Positions 41,592-50,493 of a stretch of 64,000 nucleotides of DNA are shown here, piece after piece. The notes below the pieces were generated by a model. That model had not been told where the DNA came from and ran no database searches. It saw only the letters and a program-made list of their open reading frames with translations. The stretch spans positions 93,682-157,681 of the forward strand of contig CAWDPO010000009.1 of the NCBI GenBank assembly GCA_963804165.1, in the 5' to 3' direction. The number at the start of each line of letters is the position of its first letter. The stretch's first letter is position 1. Made by a program: the position numbers and the translations under genes. Source of the stretch: an uncultured delta proteobacterium (GTDB lineage Bacteria > Desulfobacterota > Binatia > UBA9968).

Positions 41592-42854
41592 ATGAGCCAA
41601 GAGCCAATGAACAAGCTTGTTGCGGCGTTAAAAACCGGCGCCGGGTTAAAGGACGAATTCATCTACTACATGTCCTTCGACGACTACAAAAGTTTCCCCG
41701 ATCCCTTTACGCGCACGACATTCACCGCCAAAGAAGTTCAAGAAAGCATCCGACGATATGCCAATCCGGAACACCCCGGCGAGTTATTTCAGTGGGACAT
41801 TCACGGCCGGCTGTTTACGCCGGCAACCATTTCTATTCCAGACACGGCCGTGGTGATGATTCATGGCGGTGCGGTCAACGAGTACGAATTTATCTTCACG
41901 CCGGACGGCCCGGAAGAATATCTCGATCTGACAAAGACCGATCCTGAGAAAGCGCGAGTCGGAGTCGCGCAGCATGTCGCGTCCCTTGGCATTCCTGTTT
42001 TGGCAGTTTCGCTTCCTGGCCATTACAGTCGCAAACCCTGGCCAACCATCGCCGAGCGCAGACCGGAGTTCGTCATCGGCCAAATTCCCAGCGATACGGA
42101 GCTTAAAAATCGCCTGGCGGTTTACACGTTCAGAATGTGCACGGAAGCCATCAAAGTGCTCGTCGAGAACACTCTCAGCACCGCCATCTTCATGTGGGGA
42201 CACTCCACCGGCGGCGAATATTTTTACTTGATGGAGCAGTACGGCCTGAAGAATAGATTGATCGGCGGGCTCGGTTTCGGCACCGGCATGCCGGCGTGGC
42301 TGCGCAAAGCATGGGACCTAGCCTGCGCCAAAAAATCGCCGGAAGAGCGTGCGGCGCCGTTTCGAAATCTCACCGACCTGAGTCGTCGTTCGCCCAACGG
42401 CTACATCAAGAGCGGTTACGTCGGACCGAACCAGCCCTGGGGCAGCGTCGAGAGATGGTTCGAACTCGAGAATCATCGGCGCCCGCAGTTCAAACCTTTT
42501 TTACAGGATATCGAGCACAGCGCTCACGACGTGCTGCTGCCGGAAATCAAGAAAATCTCGGGTCTTGCCGACGATGAGCTCTTCATCACGTATAAATCGG
42601 AGTTAAACCGTTTGCGTGGCAAGAAACTATTGCACATTGTCGGCGAGAACGACAAAGGCCATTGGATCGAAGGTGGCCAAAGAGGTTTGAAATTTCGTCG
42701 CGAGGTCTACGCCTTCGATCACTTTAAACCTTTCGCCGAAGCGCTTCGTTTGATCGTGGTGCCCAATCTCACCCATTACGGACACGTCGAAAGTCACAAC
42801 GAACGCTTGGCCAATCTCATGGTGACCGGCTTTAAAGAATATTTTCGCGACTGA
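41592..42854 (+). CDS. Uncharacterised alpha/beta-hydrolase-fold protein
   Basis: MIHGG, SLPGH, GHSTGG elbow, GEND, late His (THYGH). Confidence 0.65.
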   Translation: MSQEPMNKLVAALKTGAGLKDEFIYYMSFDDYKSFPDPFTRTTFTAKEVQESIRRYANPEHPGELFQWDIHGRLFTPATISIPDTAVVMIHGGAVNEYEFIFTPDGPEEYLDLTKTDPEKARVGVAQHVASLGIPVLAVSLPGHYSRKPWPTIAERRPEFVIGQIPSDTELKNRLAVYTFRMCTEAIKVLVENTLSTAIFMWGHSTGGEYFYLMEQYGLKNRLIGGLGFGTGMPAWLRKAWDLACAKKSPEERAAPFRNLTDLSRRSPNGYIKSGYVGPNQPWGSVERWFELENHRRPQFKPFLQDIEHSAHDVLLPEIKKISGLADDELFITYKSELNRLRGKKLLHIVGENDKGHWIEGGQRGLKFRREVYAFDHFKPFAEALRLIVVPNLTHYGHVESHNERLANLMVTGFKEYFRD

Positions 42855-42901
42855 AATTTGTCGTCGAGCGGGCCAATTTTCTGGTGCACGGCGTGCCGAC
42901 C

Positions 42902-42928
42902 GTAGGGCGACCTGTCGATCGCCCCTAC
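42902..42928. repeat. GTAG-type REP hairpin
   Basis: GTAGGGCGA...TCGCCCCTAC. Confidence 0.65.
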
Positions 42929-42948
42929 CCCTGACTGCCATCGCTAGG

Positions 42949-43419
42949 TTAACCACGGTGAGGAAAGCGCCGGGGGAATCGATCCAAGCGGTGATTGATA
43001 TGATCACCGCGCCGGTCCAAGCGCCGTTCTATGCGATCTCCTTTTCGATCGAAATGACGCTCGGCCCGATCACCGCGGCGGTCCAGACGCGCTTCAATCC
43101 GGTCGCCTTTCTTGTCCAGGTGCTTCTCAATGCGCTCGCCTCGGCGGTCCAAGCGGTTCGCCAGCTTCGTTTTGCCTTCCGCGCGCGCCTTTTCCGCGGC
43201 CGCATCCAGCCGATCATCAATCCGCTCTCCCTTAGCATCGAGTCGATCGTTGATCCGGTCGCCTCTCGCATCGAGGCTGTCGTTGATCCTATCCCCTCTG
43301 ACGTCAAGCCTGCGATCGATGCGGTCGCCAAGCCGGTCATAGTATCCATCAGCGGCAAACAGCGGCGTGACATTTCCGATGAGCAAAGCAGCGATTCCCA
43401 TAGTTATTGATCTCTTCAT
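42949..43419 (-). CDS. Secreted protein with 11-residue tandem repeats
   Basis: Signal peptide then (R/K)G(D/E)RIxxxLDx repeats; GAAAGGAG RBS. Confidence 0.8.
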   Translation of the reverse strand: MKRSITMGIAALLIGNVTPLFAADGYYDRLGDRIDRRLDVRGDRINDSLDARGDRINDRLDAKGERIDDRLDAAAEKARAEGKTKLANRLDRRGERIEKHLDKKGDRIEARLDRRGDRAERHFDRKGDRIERRLDRRGDHINHRLDRFPRRFPHRG

Positions 43420-43462
43420 TTCTGTGACTCTCCTTTCGTAGTTTCAGACACCTTGAAACGCT

Positions 43463-43491
43463 TTGACGCCGGGATCGGACGATGGTTTACA
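43463..43491 (-). promoter_or_regulatory. ECF sigma factor-type promoter
   Basis: Minus strand TGTAAAC-N16-CGTCAA about 45 nt upstream of the repeat-protein ATG. Confidence 0.55.
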
Positions 43492-43652
43492 ACGTTGCTA
43501 TTTTCTTTCGACGCTCACGCCGTCCTATTTAAAAACGTCCGGCATGGCGAATACATGCCCGATTTTGGCAATATTACGGACCCGCGCAACATTTGGCAGA
43601 ATTGCTTGACAGGATCGGCAATCTACCTTACAGATTGCTCTCGGGAAAAACG

Positions 43653-44678
43653 ATGAAAAGATTTTCCACTGAGAATCGCGCTGCCAAAGTTCGACGTGTG
43701 ACATGTAGGTTGATTGCGGTATTGTTTTTTTTCTGCGTCGCGTCCGCAAGCGCCGAACCTCTTCGCATCGCCTATACGTCCATTGCGGTCGTCTACGGAC
43801 CGCTCTGGCTCACTAAGGACGCCGGCATATTTAAAAAATACAATATCGAACCGGAATTTATTTACATCGCCGGCGGTCCACCGTCGCTGCAGGCGTTGAT
43901 CGCCGGAGACGTCGCAATTTCCTTTACGGCGGGCGGCGCAACGGTGGCAGCCAATCTGCAAGGTTCCGACGTTGTCTTACTTGGCGCGAGCATCGACTCG
44001 CTGCCGTTCGAGCTCTGGTCGATAGCGAGCATCAAACAGCCGGAGCAGCTCAAGGGCACCAAGCTCGGCGTCAGCCGCATCGGCGCCACCACTGACTTCG
44101 TCGCGCGCTATCTGTTAAAAAAATGGAACCTTCAGCCCGATAAAGAAGTCGCGATCTTTCAAACCGGCTCGGGACCACAAGTGTTTGCGGCGTTGAAAGG
44201 CGGCTCGGTGCAAAGCGGTGTACTGTCGACGGGACCGGAAACACTCAATGCCGAATCCGCGGGATATATTCGCCTCGCTGACGTTTCCACGTCGGGGCTG
44301 GTTTATCCCTTTGGCCCGTTCGCCGCTCGCCAAGCGTTCCTAAAAAGCCACGGAGATTTGGTGATGCGTTTCATGAAAGCTTACGTCGAAGGCATTCACC
44401 GCTTCAAAACCGACCGCGCGGCGGCACTCGCCGTTTTGGAAAAATACACGAAACAGAAAACCACGTCCGCCGCGGAGAAGATCTACGAAGTTTACGCGAA
44501 CAAATATTTTAAGCGCGCGCCTGAAGCGACGTCGGCGGCGATTCAAACCATTCTCGAAGAGATTTCCGCGAGCCGTCCCCTACCCTCGGGCGTCATGCCG
44601 CAGCGCTTCGCCGATTCGAGGTTCATCCGCGAGTTGGTTGCCAGCGGTTTTGTCGATTCCCTCTACAAGAGCCGTTAA
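43653..44678 (+). CDS. NitT/TauT-type substrate-binding protein
   Basis: Signal peptide, GIFKKY.I, LKG.KLGVSR.G..TD, SGFVDSLY. Confidence 0.88.
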   Translation: MKRFSTENRAAKVRRVTCRLIAVLFFFCVASASAEPLRIAYTSIAVVYGPLWLTKDAGIFKKYNIEPEFIYIAGGPPSLQALIAGDVAISFTAGGATVAANLQGSDVVLLGASIDSLPFELWSIASIKQPEQLKGTKLGVSRIGATTDFVARYLLKKWNLQPDKEVAIFQTGSGPQVFAALKGGSVQSGVLSTGPETLNAESAGYIRLADVSTSGLVYPFGPFAARQAFLKSHGDLVMRFMKAYVEGIHRFKTDRAAALAVLEKYTKQKTTSAAEKIYEVYANKYFKRAPEATSAAIQTILEEISASRPLPSGVMPQRFADSRFIRELVASGFVDSLYKSR

Positions 44679-44702
44679 AGCTGCTGCACAAACGAAGGAG
44701 GA

Positions 44703-45335
44703 ATGATCGCGATGAACATCATTTGCCAAGCCCATGTGCCGCACAACACCGGTTGGTCCGCGGAGATTAAGAACGGTCAGGTCATCCGCATCACCGCGAC
44801 AACCACCGTCGACTTCGTATTTTTCAAGCTGGACAATCTGCGCGAGCGTTTCGACCAGGCGCGCACCAAAGTTTACAACATGACACTATTCGTCACCGCC
44901 GGTCACAAGCTCATGGGACGAAACAATCAGCATATGATGACGATTCTCCATGACGGCAACAAGGATGGCACGCACGATCTGCAAAAAGGCATGTGCAGCG
45001 GCTACCGCTTCCGTTTGGCGCAACAGGAGAATCGGCTTGGCGAATACTATCCGCGCGATATCAAGGAGATTCCCGATCACGGCTGCTATGAGAACCTATC
45101 AAACGCCGTCGCCCCCTACGGGATTATTCCCGAAGATATTCCGAGCCCGTTTAATCTAAATCAACACATGAGGATCGACGGTGTAACCGGCAAAATGGAG
45201 CACACCCAAGTTCGCCCCAAAGAAGGCAATTATATGGATATTCGCGCTGAAATGGATTTGCTCGTTGCGCTCAGCGCGTGTCCCGATCTTGCGGTCGGCG
45301 GCAAACCGCTCGACGTGCTGATCTACGAGCTGTGA
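44703..45335 (+). CDS. DUF1989 (urea carboxylase-associated / CgdAB-like) protein
   Basis: GQ.IRI, VDF, HDL..GMC, GC.ENL, RAEMDLLVA.SACP. Confidence 0.88.
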   Translation: MIAMNIICQAHVPHNTGWSAEIKNGQVIRITATTTVDFVFFKLDNLRERFDQARTKVYNMTLFVTAGHKLMGRNNQHMMTILHDGNKDGTHDLQKGMCSGYRFRLAQQENRLGEYYPRDIKEIPDHGCYENLSNAVAPYGIIPEDIPSPFNLNQHMRIDGVTGKMEHTQVRPKEGNYMDIRAEMDLLVALSACPDLAVGGKPLDVLIYEL

Positions 45336-45397
45336 ATTTGATCACGCCCTTGTTTCGAGCAAAGGAGTAACCGGCCATTTCCATCGTCATCGTCGCA

Positions 45398-45934
45398 ATG
45401 CCCTACGGCGTCCTGGACGCCCAGCGGCTTTCCCAAGCATCGGGGGTATGCATGGACCGAGCGCTGGATTGGTGGCAGAAGTCCATGCACACCTCGAAGC
45501 ACAAAACCTATCTCGTGCTCGCGGGCTACGATATCGATCGTGGACAGGAAATCATCCTACGCAGAGCAATCGTGAAACAGACGCTGCAGGAACCGGAGCT
45601 CCTGACCAACATTGTCGAGGTCAGCGCCAAAAACGAAGTCGCTCTCGCCCAAAAAATCGCGCGCGTGCGGACGCTGTTACCGGTCGAGACCATTACGGTT
45701 TTCGTCGAAACTCGCAATACCGTCAGCGTCAAGGCGATTTTCAGAAGGAAATTCGGCAAAACTCTACAAATACGAAAATTCAAAGCGGACTTCGAATTCA
45801 ACCATCAGTGGATCACCACGTCCACTTCCTTCGCGTGGTCCTTTCGAAACTGGTTTCTGCGCATCTGGTTTGAATTGAAAAGACGAATGGGACGAGGTTT
45901 GAGAAAGAAAATTCGTTACTGGTTCAGGTCGTAA
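45398..45934 (+). CDS. Hypothetical protein
   Basis: 178-codon ORF, no recognised motif; start uncertain. Confidence 0.55.
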   Translation: MPYGVLDAQRLSQASGVCMDRALDWWQKSMHTSKHKTYLVLAGYDIDRGQEIILRRAIVKQTLQEPELLTNIVEVSAKNEVALAQKIARVRTLLPVETITVFVETRNTVSVKAIFRRKFGKTLQIRKFKADFEFNHQWITTSTSFAWSFRNWFLRIWFELKRRMGRGLRKKIRYWFRS

Positions 45935-45942
45935 AATGTTAC

Positions 45943-45968
45943 AGGGGCGCAGCATGCTGCGCCCCTAC
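45943..45968. repeat. GTAG-type REP hairpin / possible bidirectional terminator
   Basis: AGGGGCGCAGC-AT-GCTGCGCCCCT(AC) between convergent genes. Confidence 0.7.
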
Positions 45969-45980
45969 CCTGTCTTAATT

Positions 45981-46841
45981 TCACGCCACTTTCGATACAC
46001 GCTCGGGTGACACGTCCACTGAAAAGCCTTTTTCCAACCACCAATGCGCTAACTCGCTGCCGGTGGCAAACCACACGCCTTTGTGTGATTTCATGTGGCC
46101 GATGATTTCCGCCAGAATCTTCGCTCTACCGGGACGGCTGGAAATGTAGGGATGAAATTGGAAAGGGCAAAATGTCGGCGCCAAGCTCGACTCTTCGTAA
46201 AACTGATCAAACATCCCCTTCCAAATCACCAGAGTGTCGTTGGGATTACCGGAATCGCGATGACCGTAGGTGCGTCCGTCGCCGAACGGTTGGCGCGGCA
46301 ATTCAACGAGTTTCTTTTTGCCGTTTTGCCAAACAAAAGGCAGATCGTGCGAAAACGAATTGCTGTTCCACAAGTAACCCTGTTCCAAGAGCAGTTCCAG
46401 GCTATTCGGACTCTGAGTACAGGAGCGCCAGCCGAACGGTCGCTTCTGGGCGCGATTGAGGATCATCTCCGTCGTGCGCTTGATGACATCCCGTTCTTCA
46501 TCTCTGGCGAGATCCCGCGCCACTTCGTGATGATAACCATGGCCGGCAACTTCGTGTCCCTGAGCTGTGATCGCCGCCACGGCTTCGGGATAGCGTTCGG
46601 CGATGCCGCCACAAGTGAGAAATGTGGCTTTAACTTCGCTTGATGCAAGAATCCGTAAAATTCGCCAAATGCCCGTATTGGGCCCGTACTCGGCCTGAGT
46701 GTACTCCTCATGATTCATCCTGCCGTTCTTATCCGGCCTCACGTCTTCGCCGCCTTGAAAATCGAAGCTCAAGAATACCGCGATGCGGGCATCGCCCGGC
46801 CAATGAATTTTGCCATTGGCGTGCAATTCTTGGAGTGCCAT
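45981..46841 (-). CDS. Polysaccharide deacetylase family protein (PuuE-like)
   Basis: WP..ARIAV, YG...G.WR, HE.AGHGY.H, HP.IS.RPGR. Confidence 0.87.
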   Translation of the reverse strand: MALQELHANGKIHWPGDARIAVFLSFDFQGGEDVRPDKNGRMNHEEYTQAEYGPNTGIWRILRILASSEVKATFLTCGGIAERYPEAVAAITAQGHEVAGHGYHHEVARDLARDEERDVIKRTTEMILNRAQKRPFGWRSCTQSPNSLELLLEQGYLWNSNSFSHDLPFVWQNGKKKLVELPRQPFGDGRTYGHRDSGNPNDTLVIWKGMFDQFYEESSLAPTFCPFQFHPYISSRPGRAKILAEIIGHMKSHKGVWFATGSELAHWWLEKGFSVDVSPERVSKVA

Positions 46842-47012
46842 TATGAACCTCCTTAGTTTCGTGCTATTTCCGGTTAGTCTGTCTGTACTTTTCGATCGGC
46901 AGGCCTATTGATAATCCAGCAACCGAACAGTTGCAAGTTAATTGTCAAATTCGCATTGTGAGTGTGAAGAAAAGATAGTATAGACGGGCCGAACGCTCTG
47001 CGGAGGTGCTCG

Positions 47013-48236
47013 ATGACAGGCGTCAAAGAAAATTTCAACGTCGGCGGAGTTATCTTAAACCAACCGTTCAAGATTCGTCGCCTAGGCCACTTCGGTTTCA
47101 ATCTTTCCAACATGGAAGACGGGATCCGTTTTTACGTCGATCTGCTCGGTTTTCGCATCTCCGACACGATGGATTATTCGCGCCGCGCCAAAGATCCTGC
47201 GCAAGTCGCGGGACTCGGCGATCCCAACGGCTACTTCACCCGTTACGGCAACGATCATCATGCGATGGTGCTCTTTCCCAAGCGCGTACGCGACGCGCTC
47301 GGCCGGCATGAACAGCCGGGCATCACCGTAAATCAGATCACCTGGCAGGTCGGCAGCCTCAGAGAAGTCGGCAACGCCATCAAGTGGTTCACCGATCGCG
47401 GCATCAAGCAGCAGCGCTCGGGACGGGACATGCCGGGGTCGAACTGGCACACCTATCTTAACGACCCCGACGGCCAGAGCAACGAGCTTTACTACGGCAT
47501 CGAACAAATCGGTTGGAACGGCCACAGCAAACCTAGAGCAATGTACGATCGCGGCTTCGACAAGCCGCCGGAGTTACCGCAGGTTTCCGAATTCGAAGAA
47601 GTCCAACGAGCGCGCGCCAATGGCGTCGATATTTTCTCCGGTTATCGGCATGTCGACGCACTTCCAGCGACTTACGATGTTGACGGCGTCCTTCTTCCCG
47701 CCCTTTTAAGATTGTCCGTCTCGGGCCGGTATATTTATTCAGCGACAGATATTGAAGCCGCCGCGAAATTTTACCGCGACAGGCTGGGTTTCACTCTGAC
47801 CGAAGAGGTTATCTGGCGCGGTGAACGCTGCTTGTTTTTACGCTGCAATACTGAACACCATTCAGTCGCGCTGCTGCCGTTGAAGGTGCGCGACGCGCTC
47901 GGCTTGAGTCCGCATTCCAAATGCGCCGCCTTCGGCATCCAGCTTGCGAATTACCGTCAGCTCAAAGATGCTGTCAAGTTTTTTCGCGACAACGGCGTAG
48001 AGGTTACGGAATCGATTCCAGCGGAACTTCACCCGGGCATCGAATTCTCTGCCACCGTGCGCGATCCCGACGGCCACACCCTGCAACTTTATTACGCGAT
48101 GGAGCAGATCGGTTGGGAGGGAAAACCGAGACCAAACGAAATGAGGCGAACATATTCTCTCAATCACTGGCCGGAAGCCTTGGAAGGCGACGCGAATGCC
48201 TATCTCGGCGAACCCTTCATGGGGCCGTGGGGGTGA
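47013..48236 (+). CDS. Two-domain VOC protein, extradiol dioxygenase-like
   Basis: RRLGHF, HH, DPDG...ELYY duplicated; compensating indels at about 47700-47750 hide RPFKIVRLGPV. Confidence 0.82.
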   Translation: MTGVKENFNVGGVILNQPFKIRRLGHFGFNLSNMEDGIRFYVDLLGFRISDTMDYSRRAKDPAQVAGLGDPNGYFTRYGNDHHAMVLFPKRVRDALGRHEQPGITVNQITWQVGSLREVGNAIKWFTDRGIKQQRSGRDMPGSNWHTYLNDPDGQSNELYYGIEQIGWNGHSKPRAMYDRGFDKPPELPQVSEFEEVQRARANGVDIFSGYRHVDALPATYDVDGVLLPALLRLSVSGRYIYSATDIEAAAKFYRDRLGFTLTEEVIWRGERCLFLRCNTEHHSVALLPLKVRDALGLSPHSKCAAFGIQLANYRQLKDAVKFFRDNGVEVTESIPAELHPGIEFSATVRDPDGHTLQLYYAMEQIGWEGKPRPNEMRRTYSLNHWPEALEGDANAYLGEPFMGPWG

Positions 48237-48243
48237 GCGAGTG

Positions 48244-49602
48244 ATGGTCGCAAAAAAGTTCAAGGAGAGATTAGGAATCAATTCTCGCCTCCTTAATTTT
48301 CTGTTCTCTCCCGATCGAGAGACTGTGTCGCAATCGCGAAGGTCGCTTCGGTGTCATTCTGAGCGTCAGCGAAGAATCTCGCATTGGCCTCTACTTACGC
48401 AGACGAGATCCTTCGGCTATCGCCTCAGGATGACATTGCGACACAGCCTCCGACCGGGGAGAGCTAGAGTGGGGGTGAACAGTCACCCTCGCACACTTGC
48501 CACCCCTATCCTAACCTTTCCCCGTCGAAGGGAAAGTAACCCAGTCGGCCGCTCACGGCGGATTCTACTAAATTTCTCGCTAGTCGTGCTTCCATTATTT
48601 ATATTTATTACCAGCGCCCAGGCCAATCCCTTTCTATCCAAGCCCGGCGAAGCGCCGATCAGCACCCGCGTCGGCACTTGTTCGATCACCGGCGGCTTCA
48701 TCCATTTTTACACCGCTCTCTTCAACGGTCTCTTCGACAAGTATGGACTCAAGGTCGAACATGTGACCTTGCGCGGCGGCGTGGTGAGCCTTGCCGCGCT
48801 ATCCGCCGACGAAATTCAATTCGTCTATTGCTCCGCCGATCCGATGATTCCGCGCATTGCCGCGGGTGTCGACGGTAAACTGATCGGCTCTCCCTTAGTC
48901 GGTCTACCCTGGGTATTGATGGGGCGTAAAGAGATCAAAAGACCTCTGGACCTTAAGGGCAAAACCATCGCGGTCTCTCGTCCCGGCGGTCTGACCGACC
49001 AACTGGCAAAATCGGTGCTCAAGAAATTCAACTTATCCACGCAGGACGTCAAGCTCCTGCACATCGGCGGCACCGGACAGCTCGAACCGTACAACGCCAT
49101 GCTGCAGGGATTGTCTCAGGCCACCTTGCTCACGCCGCCCTTGGACGTGCGCGCCAAACGCGACGGTTTCTCGCTGATATTCAATCTTAATGAATTGGAT
49201 GTGCCTGCGGTCTACAGTTCCATGTTCACGAACGCTAAGAGCTTGAAAGAACGCCCGGCCATGGTGCAGCGATTCGTCGCGGCTTTGGCGGAAACGATTC
49301 ACTTCGTCGAAAAAAATCCGGACAGGAGCAAAGCGGCGCTGGCGAAAATTCTCAGCATCAACGACCAAGAAGTCCTGCAGTCCGCCTATGATGCCTACGC
49401 CAAGACACTGGTCAACCGCCGCCTGCTGGTTCCGGTTAATGCCGTCGCGCAGGCGGTGGAGCTGGCGCGCGAGGACGGTACTCAAATAAGAAAAAAGCCC
49501 GCCGAGATCATCGATAACAGTTTCGCCGAGCAACTGGAAAAGACCGGCGTTCTGAAAGAACTCTGGGGCAACGAACTTCAGCAAAAAGAAAAGAGGAGTT
49601 AG
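48244..49602 (+). CDS. NitT/TauT-type substrate-binding protein; true start uncertain because palindromic elements occupy the 5' end
   Basis: Signal-like segment at about 48550-48625, GLFDKYGL, DLKGKTIAVSRPG. Confidence 0.8.
   Translation: MVAKKFKERLGINSRLLNFLFSPDRETVSQSRRSLRCHSERQRRISHWPLLTQTRSFGYRLRMTLRHSLRPGRARVGVNSHPRTLATPILTFPRRRESNPVGRSRRILLNFSLVVLPLFIFITSAQANPFLSKPGEAPISTRVGTCSITGGFIHFYTALFNGLFDKYGLKVEHVTLRGGVVSLAALSADEIQFVYCSADPMIPRIAAGVDGKLIGSPLVGLPWVLMGRKEIKRPLDLKGKTIAVSRPGGLTDQLAKSVLKKFNLSTQDVKLLHIGGTGQLEPYNAMLQGLSQATLLTPPLDVRAKRDGFSLIFNLNELDVPAVYSSMFTNAKSLKERPAMVQRFVAALAETIHFVEKNPDRSKAALAKILSINDQEVLQSAYDAYAKTLVNRRLLVPVNAVAQAVELAREDGTQIRKKPAEIIDNSFAEQLEKTGVLKELWGNELQQKEKRS
48305..48535. 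mobile_element. Nested palindromic elements including a MITE-like unit (48319-48450)
   Basis: TIR-like GAGACTGTGTCGCAAT...ATTGCGACACAGCCTC enclosing a GTCATTCTGAG...CTCAGGATGAC REP. Confidence 0.65.
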
Positions 49603-49606
49603 GCCA

Positions 49607-50482
49607 ATGGCAGAAAACATTTACTTTCACTCCGACGGATTGAAGATCGCCGGTCTCATCGACACGCCACCCGATTACAAGGCCGGCGAGCGTCGGCCGG
49701 CGTTTATCGTCCTGCACGGTTTCGGCGGCAATAAAGACGGCCACGGCCAATCCGTTGTCGCCAAGCAGTTTACCCAATGGGGCTATCTCGCTTTGCGCAT
49801 TGATTTTCGCGGCTGCGGCGAGAGCGAAGGCGAGCACGGAAGAATTATCTGCCTGGATCAAGTCGCCGATACGCGTAACGCGCTTTCGTTCTTGGCCACG
49901 CGCCCGGAAGTCGACCCGCAAAGAATCGCCTTAGTTGGCAGTAGCTTCGGCGCGGCGGTGGCTGTATTCACCGGCGGCGCAGATCGGCGCGTCGCCGCCG
50001 TTATCTCCTGCGGCGGCTGGGGCGACGGTGAGCGCAAGTTCCGCGGCCAGCATCCAACACCGGAAGCTTGGGCGAAGTTCACCAACATGCTCGAAGAAGG
50101 GAAGCGCCACCGCGAACGCACCGGCAAGTCTCTGATGGTGCCGCGTTATGACATCGTGCCGATCCCGGAGAAGCTGCGCAATCGCATGAGCAGCGGCTCG
50201 ATCATGGAATTTCCCGCCGAGACGGCGCAGAGCATGAATGACTTCCGCGCCGACGATCAGGTCGGCAATATCTCGCCTCGCCCACTGCTGCTGCTGCACA
50301 GTGCCAATGACTCGGTGACGCCGACCTACGAGTCCATCGAGATGTTCAAGAAAGCCAAACAACCGGCCGAGCTGCATTTGCTCGCCGATGTCGATCACTT
50401 TACCTTCAACGAGGAAAACCCGCGCCTGACGAATATCGTTCATGAGTGGTTGCAGCGCTATTTCCCGGCGCGGCAAAACTAA
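49607..50482 (+). CDS. Alpha/beta hydrolase
   Basis: LHGFG, DFRGCGESEG, GSSFG, PLLLLH...D, DH. Confidence 0.9.
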   Translation: MAENIYFHSDGLKIAGLIDTPPDYKAGERRPAFIVLHGFGGNKDGHGQSVVAKQFTQWGYLALRIDFRGCGESEGEHGRIICLDQVADTRNALSFLATRPEVDPQRIALVGSSFGAAVAVFTGGADRRVAAVISCGGWGDGERKFRGQHPTPEAWAKFTNMLEEGKRHRERTGKSLMVPRYDIVPIPEKLRNRMSSGSIMEFPAETAQSMNDFRADDQVGNISPRPLLLLHSANDSVTPTYESIEMFKKAKQPAELHLLADVDHFTFNEENPRLTNIVHEWLQRYFPARQN

Positions 50483-50493
50483 CGAGCCAACTC

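Noticed and set aside
42958-43410. Long plus-strand ORF opposite the repeat protein
   Set aside because: Antisense shadow of the repeats; the minus-strand ORF has the RBS, signal peptide and promoter.
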